64,000 nucleotides of DNA from a plasmid, in sequence record NZ_CP027239.1. One strand, written 5' to 3'. Both the position numbers and the translations under genes were made by a program. A model generated the notes under the pieces. It did no database searches, was not told the DNA's origin, and saw nothing but the letters and a program-made list of their open reading frames with translations. Numbering within the stretch: the stretch's first letter is position 1; the number at the start of each line of letters is the position of its first letter. This document shows positions 36,980-45,941 of the stretch, piece by piece.

Positions 36980-39796
36980 TTAGCTCCAGATCGAAGGTTC
37001 TTCGTCGAACTCGTCGGCCGCATTCACCGGGCGCTCGGGTTCCACGTTCACAGGGTGAGAGCGTCCCGCCGGCGTAGACGCACGGCGTCCGCCGCGGGCC
37101 TTAGCTGTGGGCCCCGACGGTTCGTCCAGTGCGGGCGTGGTATCGGGACCAGGCAGAGTCGGTTGATCCTCGAGCTCGTCGTCCTGCGAGTCGAGCTCAG
37201 GAGCTTCGTCTGGGTGATCGGAGCCGGGGGCGTCGTCGCTGTCCGTGACCAGATACAGCTGGGCAGGTTCGGCGGAGGTAGCGGGCGCCGCAGCCTCGCT
37301 GCTGCCCTCGTCGAGGATCACCCATCGGGGTTCCTGGCCGCCGTCGGCGTTGGTGACGGTGATCTGCTGGTAGCCGAGGTTGCGTAGTCGTTCGCGGGTC
37401 ATGTCTTTGGTGCCTCGCAGCGTTTGCGCGGGGTCCCAGGGGCACGGCATCGGGTCGTCGGGCAGGAACATGACCTGCACCTGCCGGTACCCGTTCTTGG
37501 GGTCGTAGCCCCACGCTCGGCCCTTGGGGGTGCCGGCCTCCGGGAAGCGGGTGCCGTGGTTGGAGTTGAGGATCTGCTCGGACTCGTACTGGTCCAGGGG
37601 GCCGACGCCGAGTCGGAATCCGAGCTGGGAGCGCAGCTGGGTGGAGATGATCTTGGCGTCCGGCTTCTGGGCGGCGCACACGATGTTGGTTTCCAGGGCT
37701 CGGCCGAGCCGGGCGATTTTCTCGAGGCTGGCTCGGGCTTCGTCCTTGAGTTCCTCCGTCTCGCTGTCCGCGCCGCGGGCCAGGAAGTCGGCGATCTCGT
37801 CGAAGAACAGGATGACCCGCTTGGGCACCGGTCCGTATTGCGCTTCCAGTTCCGGTTGCTGGGCGTACTTGGCGCGCAGCAGGCCCAGGTTGCGGGCCTG
37901 GGTGCGGTTGAGCAGGGTTTGAGCGGCGTCCATGCTCGCTCGTGCCGCGCCGACAGCGGCGCAGATTTCTTCGTCGGTGGCGGCGAATCGGATCACCGAG
38001 GGGAACTCTGGGGTCCAGGTGAAGTCGGTGCGTTTGGGGTCGCACACGATCACCGACAGGACGTCGGGCAGGTACATCGCGTAGAACAGCACGATCGACA
38101 GGGCTACCGACTTCCCGGATCCCGTCTTGCCGCCGATCAGGCCGTGCGGAGTCTCTCCGAGATCCCAGTCCAGCCAGCCTCCGCCCTTCTGTGGGCCGAA
38201 CCGGAAAATCCCCTTGTGGGCGAGCGTGACCGCCTCGTCGAACTCGGGTGTGCCGGGCTCGGGGAAGGCCAATTCTGTCGGCAGTGGAGGCACCGCGGTG
38301 ATGGTGACCTTCCCCTTGGGGGCGTCCCACGAGTAGTGCCAGTCGTTGTCGGTGCTCAGGCTGTCCCAGTGGTCTTGGAACCCGTCGCGGGTGTCGCGGG
38401 CGTTGACGTCCATGGACCCGAACTTCACCTCGGCGACCTGCACCATCGCCGAGCCGTCGGCGCTGAGTTCGGGTTGCCACTCGAGGATGTCGCAGTCGAC
38501 GAAGTTCTTGCTGGAGCCGAACTTGGACTCGATCACGTTGCGCAGGTTGCGTTCGGTGACCTTGCGGCGGGCCTGCATGCTGCGGGACGGGTACGCGGTC
38601 GCCTCGAGCCGGGTGGTTCCGCCAGGCGTCCAGTCGTACAGCCAGGTCAGGCCCTGGTAGCTGGCCTCCATGGCGGTGTCGAAGTCGGACTCGAACTTGT
38701 TGCGGACGCGGCGATCGCCGAGGTTGAGGGTGTCGAAGTCGATGGACACCGCCACCGGGTAGTGCTCGGGGAACTTCTTGCCCTCGGGCATCCATCGGGT
38801 GACTTCGCAGTCGATGCTGGTGGTCTTGGTGGTGCGGATCATCGAGTAGACGTCGGCGATGATCTTGCGGGCGACGATTTTGCGGCGGGCCCGCAGGTCG
38901 TCGTCCGGGACGAGCTCGATCTGCAGCTCCCCGTCGGTGGACCAGTCGTAGACCCACACGCCGGGGCCGCGGACCTTGCGATCGAACTCGGCGGTGACAC
39001 GCTCACGAAACTGGGGGTCGGTGGCATCGAACCCGCCGTATGACCAGGTCACCTTCGTGGGGAACTGGTAGGTCGTGCCGTTGCGTTCGCTCTCGGTGCG
39101 CTCTTCCACGGTCAGGGCGAAGTCGTAGTCGCCGGCGTTGCGGGCAGCGTCGAACAGGGCCCGGTCGCCGAGCGATCGGGCCATCTTGCGGTCGTGGCTG
39201 CGCTGCCAGACGCGGGGGTCCTCAGCGGGCACGGCGGTGGCCGTCACGTGTGAGGCGTCAGCCCACTCGAAGATCCATTCCTGTCCGTCCGCGGGCGGAG
39301 GCGTGGCTTTCTGGATCGCCTGCTCGAGCGGCATCCGCAGATAGGGGGCGGTGGTGGCGGGGGAGTCGGGACCGACGGTGAGCGTGAAGGTGCTCGGCTT
39401 GGCCTTGGCGCCCCACTTGGCGACTGTGACGTAGGAGTCGGGGCTGACCGGAGTGGTGGCCGTGGACCTGGGTAGGGCCGCAGGGCGTTGCATCGCCGCG
39501 TAGATCGCGGCGGTGGCTTTGCGCCGTCTGGGCATCACCGCCCCGGCCCGGGACAGCGTGTAGAGCAGGAACACGGCCAGGGCGATGCCGGCCCACATGC
39601 GCGGCACGACGGCAAAGTACAGCGCCGCGATCAGTGCGGCCAGCATTGCCCAGTTCACCGCCACCAGCGGGACGGGGCCGAGCTTGGTGCCGTCCTTCAC
39701 CCAGGTCAGTGCAGCCCAGTCGCTGAGCAGCTGCTGCCCCTGCTTCTGCGCCTGCTGCTGGATCCTCGATGGGGGGCGTTTCCGGCCGCGAGCCAT
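36980..39796 (-). CDS. traB: TraB-like conjugative DNA translocase (FtsK/SpoIIIE family) with N-terminal TM anchor
   Basis: TM helices VPLVAVNWAMLAALIAALYFAVV and AGIALAVFLLYTL. Walker A GGKTGSGKSVAL and Walker B ILFFDEIADF. C-terminal wHTH-like tail. GGAAGGA lies 11 nt before ATG 39796 (alternative ATG 39832). Confidence 0.8.
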   Translation of the reverse strand: MARGRKRPPSRIQQQAQKQGQQLLSDWAALTWVKDGTKLGPVPLVAVNWAMLAALIAALYFAVVPRMWAGIALAVFLLYTLSRAGAVMPRRRKATAAIYAAMQRPAALPRSTATTPVSPDSYVTVAKWGAKAKPSTFTLTVGPDSPATTAPYLRMPLEQAIQKATPPPADGQEWIFEWADASHVTATAVPAEDPRVWQRSHDRKMARSLGDRALFDAARNAGDYDFALTVEERTESERNGTTYQFPTKVTWSYGGFDATDPQFRERVTAEFDRKVRGPGVWVYDWSTDGELQIELVPDDDLRARRKIVARKIIADVYSMIRTTKTTSIDCEVTRWMPEGKKFPEHYPVAVSIDFDTLNLGDRRVRNKFESDFDTAMEASYQGLTWLYDWTPGGTTRLEATAYPSRSMQARRKVTERNLRNVIESKFGSSKNFVDCDILEWQPELSADGSAMVQVAEVKFGSMDVNARDTRDGFQDHWDSLSTDNDWHYSWDAPKGKVTITAVPPLPTELAFPEPGTPEFDEAVTLAHKGIFRFGPQKGGGWLDWDLGETPHGLIGGKTGSGKSVALSIVLFYAMYLPDVLSVIVCDPKRTDFTWTPEFPSVIRFAATDEEICAAVGAARASMDAAQTLLNRTQARNLGLLRAKYAQQPELEAQYGPVPKRVILFFDEIADFLARGADSETEELKDEARASLEKIARLGRALETNIVCAAQKPDAKIISTQLRSQLGFRLGVGPLDQYESEQILNSNHGTRFPEAGTPKGRAWGYDPKNGYRQVQVMFLPDDPMPCPWDPAQTLRGTKDMTRERLRNLGYQQITVTNADGGQEPRWVILDEGSSEAAAPATSAEPAQLYLVTDSDDAPGSDHPDEAPELDSQDDELEDQPTLPGPDTTPALDEPSGPTAKARGGRRASTPAGRSHPVNVEPERPVNAADEFDEEPSIWS

Positions 39797-39936
39797 AGAT
39801 TCGCTGTCCTTCCGGTGGTGGGTCGGCCACATCGTCCCACCTGCTCATGCCGGGGCCTGGCGCCGTTTTCGCGGGGTATGGGCAAGGGCCCGGCCCCGTG
39901 AGTCAGGGTCGGGCCCTTCGGCCGGCTCTGGCGGGT

Positions 39937-40896
39937 CTAGGCGGGCTGCAGAAGCTGGAACGCGCGCTGCCGGAAGGCAGCGTTGGTGTCGTTGAACTGC
40001 GACAGGGCGCGGGCGGATTCTCCGCCGCGGGTGTTCTTGTGCCAGTCCAGGAACTCGCCGACGCTGTTGAGCGCCGCCCATCGGGTGTGGCGGCCCTCCT
40101 CCTGGGTGAAGGCGGTGCCCCACAGGTCCATCAGGGTGTTGCGCCGGTTCTCCCAGCGAGTGACGGAGGTCTTGCGGCCCTCGTCGGGGCGGGGGTCGAG
40201 CTCGGCCAGGAACCGGTCGAACTCGTTGGTGGTCATGGGGCTGGCGATGAGCGCTTCGGCGTGGGCGGTGAATGCCTTGGCGTACTGCATAGCGCCCTGC
40301 ATGGCGGTGCGGGCCTCGATGAGCCGCTGATCGGCGGACGCGGAGTGCCGGATCGACCAGGTACGGGGCGTTGAGCCGTTGTTGACGCCGATTGTCAGGC
40401 CATTGGTGCAGACCAGCCGCCGGGCGGTCACGGACTGCACCGCAGCCCCCTCTCCAGCGTGGGAGGTCGACATCACGACCTTGAACTCCACGGGATCGTT
40501 ACCGCCGATCGCGGTGGTCGCCTCGGGAATCGACATCGACATATACGTGGTGCGGCCGTGGTCGACCTCGCCAGCGGCGTCGAACTGGGCGCCGAGCATG
40601 TGGGCGTGGTCGGCGACCTCGAAGGCTGCCGCGTTGTCGATGGTGGTGTAGCGGGAGCCGACGGCGGCCAGGATGGTGTTGTCGTCGTCGCGGACGATGA
40701 ACCGTCGGCCGGGCATGCTGCCGATGGTGATGCCGTCAGCGGCCATGAGGGTGACGGAGTCGCCGGGGATGTCGCGCAGGCCCCAGTTCAGGCCGGCGAT
40801 GGTCAGCGCTTCGTCGACGGTGCGGGCGGCGCTGATGTCGGTCCCGAGCTGGTGCTCGAACGGGACTCGGTTGGTGACCTTGAGCGGAGTGCTCAT
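39937..40896 (-). CDS. DUF932-like protein of the kind commonly linked to actinobacterial conjugative elements
   Basis: Strong RBS GGAGGAGGA before ATG 40896. Size (319 aa), position next to traB and overall character fit DUF932. The family assignment is from memory and unverified. Confidence 0.5.
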   Translation of the reverse strand: MSTPLKVTNRVPFEHQLGTDISAARTVDEALTIAGLNWGLRDIPGDSVTLMAADGITIGSMPGRRFIVRDDDNTILAAVGSRYTTIDNAAAFEVADHAHMLGAQFDAAGEVDHGRTTYMSMSIPEATTAIGGNDPVEFKVVMSTSHAGEGAAVQSVTARRLVCTNGLTIGVNNGSTPRTWSIRHSASADQRLIEARTAMQGAMQYAKAFTAHAEALIASPMTTNEFDRFLAELDPRPDEGRKTSVTRWENRRNTLMDLWGTAFTQEEGRHTRWAALNSVGEFLDWHKNTRGGESARALSQFNDTNAAFRQRAFQLLQPA

Positions 40897-41074
40897 CGTT
40901 CCTCCTCCAGGGGTGGGGTTTGCGATGACTCAACTAAACCTCGACCGTTTTCAACTGCAGCAGGTCGCCATTCATCGACGTCAGCCCGCATTTTCTCGGC
41001 TCGCGGCGGGGGAGAGGCGGCCCGGAGAGGCTCCGCTGCTGGCGCCGACTACGGCTGCCTGCACACTGGAGCCC

Positions 41075-41776
41075 ATGACAATCGCGGTACTGCTCGTGCA
41101 TGGGTTTGGTGGCGACACCGACACCTGGGACACCATCGCCCCGCAGCTGGGCGACGCCGGCCTGATCGTGGAGCGACTGTCGCTGTCCGGGCACGGCTCC
41201 GACGCGGCAGCGCTGGCGACTACGCCGTGGACCGCGTGGGTCGAGGACATGCGTTCCGCGGTCGCGCAGCTCCGCGACCGCGCCGACCGGGTGGTGCTGG
41301 TCGGCTATTCGCTGGGCGCCACCACTGGCCTGTTCGCGCTCGCCGAGCACCTGGTCGACGCCGCGGTGTTGATCTCCCCGAGCGTGGACGTCTCACCGGT
41401 GCAGCGGGCTGCGGTCGGTGTCCTGTCGACTCTGCGGGTGCCGACGATCCCGCGAAGCCTCGTGGGCACCCGCGACGATGACACCGAGGACGAGGGCGAA
41501 CCGTTGCCGGTGGCGGCGTTGGCGCAGAATCTCGCGTTCAAGGCCGCAGCCCGCGACCTGGAGCTGACTGCGCCGGCTCCGACGCTGCTGGTCGCCGGCG
41601 GGGCCGACGAGGTGGTCGGCCCCGATGCTGCCGGGCGTGTACTGGCGAAGTTCCCGCAGGGCACCCGGCTCATCACGCTCGCTGGGGGAGAGCACGACCT
41701 GCCCGGCGGGCCGCTAGCTAGTCAGGTCGCCGATCTGGTTGGCGAGTTCGTGAGCTCGACTGGCCGGGCGGACTAG
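41075..41776 (+). CDS. Alpha/beta-hydrolase fold esterase/lipase
   Basis: LLVHGFGGD oxyanion-hole region and nucleophile elbow GYSLGA (GxSxG). Confidence 0.65.
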   Translation: MTIAVLLVHGFGGDTDTWDTIAPQLGDAGLIVERLSLSGHGSDAAALATTPWTAWVEDMRSAVAQLRDRADRVVLVGYSLGATTGLFALAEHLVDAAVLISPSVDVSPVQRAAVGVLSTLRVPTIPRSLVGTRDDDTEDEGEPLPVAALAQNLAFKAAARDLELTAPAPTLLVAGGADEVVGPDAAGRVLAKFPQGTRLITLAGGEHDLPGGPLASQVADLVGEFVSSTGRAD

Positions 41777-41993
41777 CTTCATCCGTCGGCTGCGGCGTGT
41801 ACTTGCGGGCCAGCCCCTCCGGGGTTCCCCAGAACTGCCGGCCGGTCCGGAGGTTTCGCAGGCGTAGTGAGCGATTGCCTGCCCCTGATTCGGCACTGGA
41901 GTCCTCTACGACCAGCACTTCGGCATTGTCCGATTTCCGTTCCCATACCTGGCCTTGAAGGCTCGGCCGAGCGGGCCCTGCGCTCTTGGTCAT
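41718..41993 (-). CDS. Small hypothetical protein (91 aa), third gene of an ATGA-coupled chain
   Basis: AAAGGTGA before ATG 41993. Start overlaps the stop of the upstream gene as ATGA. The 3' end overlaps the convergent hydrolase gene by 59 nt, which lowers confidence. Confidence 0.35.
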   Translation of the reverse strand: MTKSAGPARPSLQGQVWERKSDNAEVLVVEDSSAESGAGNRSLRLRNLRTGRQFWGTPEGLARKYTPQPTDEASPPGQSSSRTRQPDRRPD

Positions 41994-42271
41994 GACTCAC
42001 CTTTTCTCGTCGATTGTGCGCCTGGTCGAGGTCCGGCGCCGGTGGAGTACTGCTGTCCGGCTCGACGGGCGCGGTAGCCGGCCGCGTAGCCGTCTGCCCA
42101 TGCCGCCGACACCTCGAGCGGGGCGACCGCGATCAGGCCTTTCTCTTGCAGGTCGCGGGCGGCTTTCTGGGCCATTCGCTCGAGCGGCACGGAGTACGGG
42201 TCTGTATCGCGGTGCAGGGCCCGGTAGATGGCGTCCGCAACCTGCTCGGTTGCGCGGTCCGGGCTCATCAT
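41990..42271 (-). CDS. Small hypothetical protein (93 aa)
   Basis: Protein-like C-terminal third of ORF 41990..42625. ATG 42271 forms an ATGA overlap with the stop of the upstream gene. Confidence 0.4.
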   Translation of the reverse strand: MMSPDRATEQVADAIYRALHRDTDPYSVPLERMAQKAARDLQEKGLIAVAPLEVSAAWADGYAAGYRARRAGQQYSTGAGPRPGAQSTRKGES

Positions 42272-42741
42272 TGGTCGGCCTCTCGATACGGGTTGTCTGC
42301 CATCGCTTGACGCCGCGTCGCGCTGCCGATGGTCGGCTCGAGGTGGTAGACGGCCTCTACCCATCCTTCGGCTCGCCCCTCGCGCTTGGTCTCGGCGTGC
42401 AGCCGGTCGGCTGTCTCCAGCCGGGTCCACGAGCCGTCGCGGGTCAGGCGCCACTCGCTGCCGTCGGCTTCGTTGACGAGCCGGTAGTGCTCGGGGTGTC
42501 GGGTGGTGACTGCTGCTGACACCAGCTCGCCGGCCGGTTCGGCCCTGTTGGCGACGTCGGGGCCGTCTGTCCGATTCGTTCGCTGCTCGTGCGACTCGGG
42601 CTTCGGCTGGTGCTCGTCGAGCCATGTCGCGACCGCGTCGAGGACTGCGCCCATCGCGCCCACGCCGTCTGTGTCCATCGCCTCGAAGTACACGTCGAAC
42701 ATTAACCCCGCGTCGGGCAGGTCTTCTCTGGTCCAGCTCAT
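42268..42741 (-). CDS. Hypothetical acidic protein (157 aa)
   Basis: Start MSWTREDLPD. at ATG 42741 with GGGAGAA upstream. The longer ORF from 42885 adds a Pro/Gly-rich non-protein-like lead. Confidence 0.5.
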   Translation of the reverse strand: MSWTREDLPDAGLMFDVYFEAMDTDGVGAMGAVLDAVATWLDEHQPKPESHEQRTNRTDGPDVANRAEPAGELVSAAVTTRHPEHYRLVNEADGSEWRLTRDGSWTRLETADRLHAETKREGRAEGWVEAVYHLEPTIGSATRRQAMADNPYREADQ

Positions 42742-42894
42742 GCGCTCATTCTCCCGTTCCAATTCGCTCTCCTCGGGCGGAATGACCGCCCGAGGAGAGC
42801 GCGGCCCCGGAGGGACCTCATCCGGTACGCGTCCGATCAGCCCAACGCGGTCCCCTCCGGCGTTACCCGGCTGCCCCGGCCACACTCGCTTACA

Positions 42895-43497
42895 TCAGAA
42901 CGGGGGTTCGTCGTCCTGGCCGCCGAAGCCTCCGCCCGCGTTGGCACTGGCGGCAGCGCCCCACGGGTCGTCGATCTGGTCAGATCCCTGACCACCTCCG
43001 AAGCCGCCACTCTGCTGGCCGCCGCCGAAGCCTCCCTCGGGCTGACCACCACCGAAGCCGCCCTGGCCACCTCCCTGGGGCTGGCCGCCGCCGAAGCCGC
43101 CACCCTGCTGGCCGCCGCCCTGGTTGCCGCGGCTGGTGCGGGTGACCTTGGCGGTGGCGTACTTGAGGGACGGGCCGACCTCGTCGACCTCGACCTCGTA
43201 GACGGTGCGCTTCTCGCCCTCGCGGGTCTCGTAGGAGCGCTGCCGCAGCCGGCCGTTGACGATGACGCGCATGCCCTTCTGCAGCGACTCGGCGACATTC
43301 TCCGCCGCCTGCCGCCAGACGTTGCAGGTGAGGAACAGGCCGTCGCCGTCTTCCCACTGGTTCGTCTGGGAGTTGAAGCGGCGCGGGGTGGAGGCGATGC
43401 GGAAGTTGGCGACCGCGGCGCCCGACGGGGTGAACCGCAGTTCCGGGTCGGCGACGATGTTGCCGATGACGGTGATGGGGGTGTCGCCCTGACTCAT
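42895..43497 (-). CDS. ssb: Single-stranded DNA-binding protein
   Basis: OB-fold start [29 protein letters not shown]. Gly-rich tail ending DDEPPF. AGGAGA RBS. Confidence 0.9.
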   Translation of the reverse strand: MSQGDTPITVIGNIVADPELRFTPSGAAVANFRIASTPRRFNSQTNQWEDGDGLFLTCNVWRQAAENVAESLQKGMRVIVNGRLRQRSYETREGEKRTVYEVEVDEVGPSLKYATAKVTRTSRGNQGGGQQGGGFGGGQPQGGGQGGFGGGQPEGGFGGGQQSGGFGGGQGSDQIDDPWGAAASANAGGGFGGQDDEPPF

Positions 43498-43651
43498 GGT
43501 GTCTCCTAGGTCGTGGGTTCAGGCGGTGAGCCGGTGTGCCGGTCTCGGGCAGGAGCATCGCACGACGATTTGCCGGTGTGGCGTCTCCGCGACCTGCACG
43601 TTGACGGGAATCGCCGGCAGAGTCTCGCTGGTCAAAGGCAAGGGAAGGGGA

Positions 43652-43863
43652 GGACCATCGCCGCTCGCGTGGGGAGCACGCGGCGCCGGCCTGGAGGATG
43701 CGCCGTTGCATGGGACCATCACCGCTCGCGTGGGGAGGACCCCCGTACAGTGCGTCGGGCTGGAGCTGGCCCCAGGACCATCCCCGCTCGCGTGGAGAGC
43801 ACTTGCCTCACCTGATGCAGACACCAGCTATCTCCGGACCGTCCACGCTCGCGTGGAGAGCAC
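43652..43863 (-). CRISPR. Orphan CRISPR-like mini-array: four 28-nt type I-E-like repeats at 61-62 nt periodicity with three unique 33-34 nt spacers
   Basis: Repeats at 43652, 43713, 43775 and 43836 share consensus GGACCATCNCCGCTCGCGTGGRGAGSAC. The reverse complement, GTSCTCYCCACGCGAGCGGNGATGGTCC, resembles the I-E repeat class such as E. coli GAGTTCCCCGCGCCAGCGGGGATAAACCG. Spacers show no similarity to each other. No cas genes in the window. Confidence 0.55.
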
Positions 43864-44018
43864 ACTCGCTACGCTGCGGGTTTTCTCCGTGTACGCGTGG
43901 TTGGGGATGGGTTCGGGATTGCTCCCGAACGGTGACCACCGCGGTGGCCTTCACGCTTCGCCGGTCCCGCGCCGTTCCCGCCTGATAGCGGTTCGGGCAC
44001 GGGGCCTCCACGTGCATT

Positions 44019-44059
44019 AACGTCCCCACCCTCCGTGGGGACGGCCGCCCTCTCCGGCG
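44019..44059. terminator. Tandem hairpins downstream of the 546-aa gene (GTCCCCAC-cctcc-GTGGGGAC, then GCCGCC-ctctcc-GGCGGC)
   Basis: Perfect 8-bp and 6-bp inverted repeats about 60-100 nt past the stop codon at 44121 on the minus strand. Confidence 0.45.
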
Positions 44060-44120
44060 GCTACGGCGCGGCCCGGGCCCCGACTATGCGGGCGGATGTG
44101 ACCACATAGTCGGGTGCCTG

Positions 44121-45761
44121 TCAGGCGGGAATCTGCTCGGGGTACTCCTTGTAGGCGTCGTGCGCTGCCTTGGTGAACGCCTTGGGGTCGGCCAGACCCG
44201 CGCGCACCATGCGCTCGAACCGGTCGGCCGGGATCCTGCTCGACAGGTGGGTACCGAAGTTCTTCCGCAGGATCGGGTTCAGCTGATCAAGGTGCTGGGC
44301 CATGCCGATGGTCTCGATCAGCTCGTCCCACAGGCCCTGCAGGTCGTGGCGGTCGGCCAAGGTCTGCCCCTCCGGCACCGCCAGCGCAGAGTTCTCCACG
44401 GCGGGAGCAGGGGCCGGTGCCTGCTCCTGCGCGGGCTCCTGCGGTGCCGACTGCTCGGGCGGCGCCTGCTGTGCCGACTCCTGCTCGGGGACGTTGTGGC
44501 CGCCACCGTCGGGGCCGCCGCTGGAGGGCGCGCCGACGATGTCGGATGCCACTTCCAGGGCCAGCGCGTACAGGTCGCCGGCCGCCGCGGCGACCCGCTT
44601 GATCCATTCGGAGCTCTCGTGTCGATCCTCGACGTACTCGAGGACGAAGGGCTGCTCCGCCAGGGCGACCTGGGCCACCCACTTGGCGGCCTCGCGCCAC
44701 GACGGCTCGGTCTGGCGCTGGTAGCCCAGTGCGGTCTGCTGGACCCGGCTCGCGGCCCACATGAGCGGCTTGATCAGCTCGGTCGCCGCGCGGCTCAGGC
44801 GCTCATCGCCCAGCTGTGCCGCCTTCTCCGGGTCGGCGTAGGCGGCGCTCTGCACCAGGTCGAGGGCGTCCTTACGGGCCCAGCGGACGGACTGCACGAT
44901 GTACGAGGCCGGGTTGAGTCGACCGTCGAGGTTGACCAGCTCCCACGGCTTGCTTTCGACTGACCGCAGGCGCTGTACGGGCCGGTCAGTGTCGTCGCCC
45001 CGCATGATGCTGACGACCTGCTCGGCGATCTGGCGGGCATCGACTGCGCCGCCGGTCGGTGCGCCGGGCGCGGCTGCGGGGGAGGCGTTGTCGGAGCGGA
45101 CGATCGCGCCGCCGGTCTCGCCTGCCTCGGTGAAGATGCGGACCCAACCCTCGGGCGGTGTGGAGCCGTCGCGGTTGTGCCGGAACAGGTCCCACTCTTC
45201 GGGGTTGGTGGAGGCTTCCGCACTGATGACGTTGCGGGAAGGGTCGCCGGCGGGACCCACGACGGCGATCACGTTGGCGCAGTTCTCGCCCGTGATGTTC
45301 GAGTTGGCGCCGCTGCCGTCTGGCGCTGAGCCGCGCAGCACGCACATCGGCACGGTGTACGGGATGACCTCGCCGGACTTGTTCTTGTAGCGGCGGCGGG
45401 TCTCGATGGCCACGTAGACCGGTTCGCCATGCTCATGAGCCCAATGCAGCGCTCGGTGCACCTCCGAGCTCTCAACGGTGGAACCGGAGAAGTCGTGCCT
45501 GAGCTTCTTGTCGCTGCCGGTCTCCGAGGATGCGGCATCGAACGTCACCGACACCGAGCGCACCCCGCCGCGGCCCTCCCTGTCGGAGACCTTGATCTCC
45601 TTGACCAGAACGGACGTGAACTCGCGGACGTACACCTCGGGACGCACGGGCCGCTGCGTGACGTCGCCGTCAGCGGTGAGCTTGACCGCGACGGGCTTGG
45701 TCGGTGCGCTGGCGTAACCGATCCAGCTGGTCGGGTGGGTCTGGCGGGTGAAGGTCGTCAT
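44121..45761 (-). CDS. Hypothetical protein (546 aa) with a Gln/Pro/Glu-rich linker; candidate replication/recombination function from context only
   Basis: GAAGGAAC before ATG 45761. Flanked by ssb and the CRISPR-like array on one side and the rusA-like and dnaB genes on the other. Confidence 0.6.
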   Translation of the reverse strand: MTTFTRQTHPTSWIGYASAPTKPVAVKLTADGDVTQRPVRPEVYVREFTSVLVKEIKVSDREGRGGVRSVSVTFDAASSETGSDKKLRHDFSGSTVESSEVHRALHWAHEHGEPVYVAIETRRRYKNKSGEVIPYTVPMCVLRGSAPDGSGANSNITGENCANVIAVVGPAGDPSRNVISAEASTNPEEWDLFRHNRDGSTPPEGWVRIFTEAGETGGAIVRSDNASPAAAPGAPTGGAVDARQIAEQVVSIMRGDDTDRPVQRLRSVESKPWELVNLDGRLNPASYIVQSVRWARKDALDLVQSAAYADPEKAAQLGDERLSRAATELIKPLMWAASRVQQTALGYQRQTEPSWREAAKWVAQVALAEQPFVLEYVEDRHESSEWIKRVAAAAGDLYALALEVASDIVGAPSSGGPDGGGHNVPEQESAQQAPPEQSAPQEPAQEQAPAPAPAVENSALAVPEGQTLADRHDLQGLWDELIETIGMAQHLDQLNPILRKNFGTHLSSRIPADRFERMVRAGLADPKAFTKAAHDAYKEYPEQIPA

Positions 45762-45908
45762 TACTGTTCCTTCGGCGTTCGGGGTGGGTCCGTGTTGCCC
45801 ACATCAAATCACGCCGCACTGACACTGCAGCACGACGAAATCGTGGCTGATCAGCGCGGCGGGCGCCTCGCCATTTCTCCGCACCGCGCGGTCGGTGTTC
45901 GGGGCCGT

Positions 45909-45927
45909 GGCGGCGGCATGACCCGCC
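45909..45927 (+). promoter_or_regulatory. Motif-2 copy (GGCGGCGGCATGACCCGCC), 14 nt upstream of the rusA-like ATG
   Basis: Followed by TAGGGT 6 nt before the ATG, consistent with a leaderless-transcript promoter. Confidence 0.45.
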
Positions 45928-45941
45928 GATAGGGTCCGGCC

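Noticed and set aside
43652-43863. Interpretation of the 61-nt periodic repeats as replication iterons.
   Set aside because: Not fully excluded, and kept as the stated alternative for the CRISPR-like array. The 28-nt repeat with 33-nt unique spacers and the strong resemblance to I-E repeats fit CRISPR geometry better than typical 17-22-bp iterons.
43591-43930. Additional degenerate CRISPR repeats flanking the four-repeat array, at about 43591 and about 43897.
   Set aside because: They match only 8-12 of 28 positions, which is too weak to call. They are mentioned only as possible decayed terminal repeats.
19756-45932. Possibility that the ATG inside motif 2 (GGCATGACC) is itself a start codon.
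   Set aside because: At 45918 the reading frame hits TAG after four codons. At 19756 it is out of frame with the downstream gene. The motif is therefore cis-regulatory, not coding.
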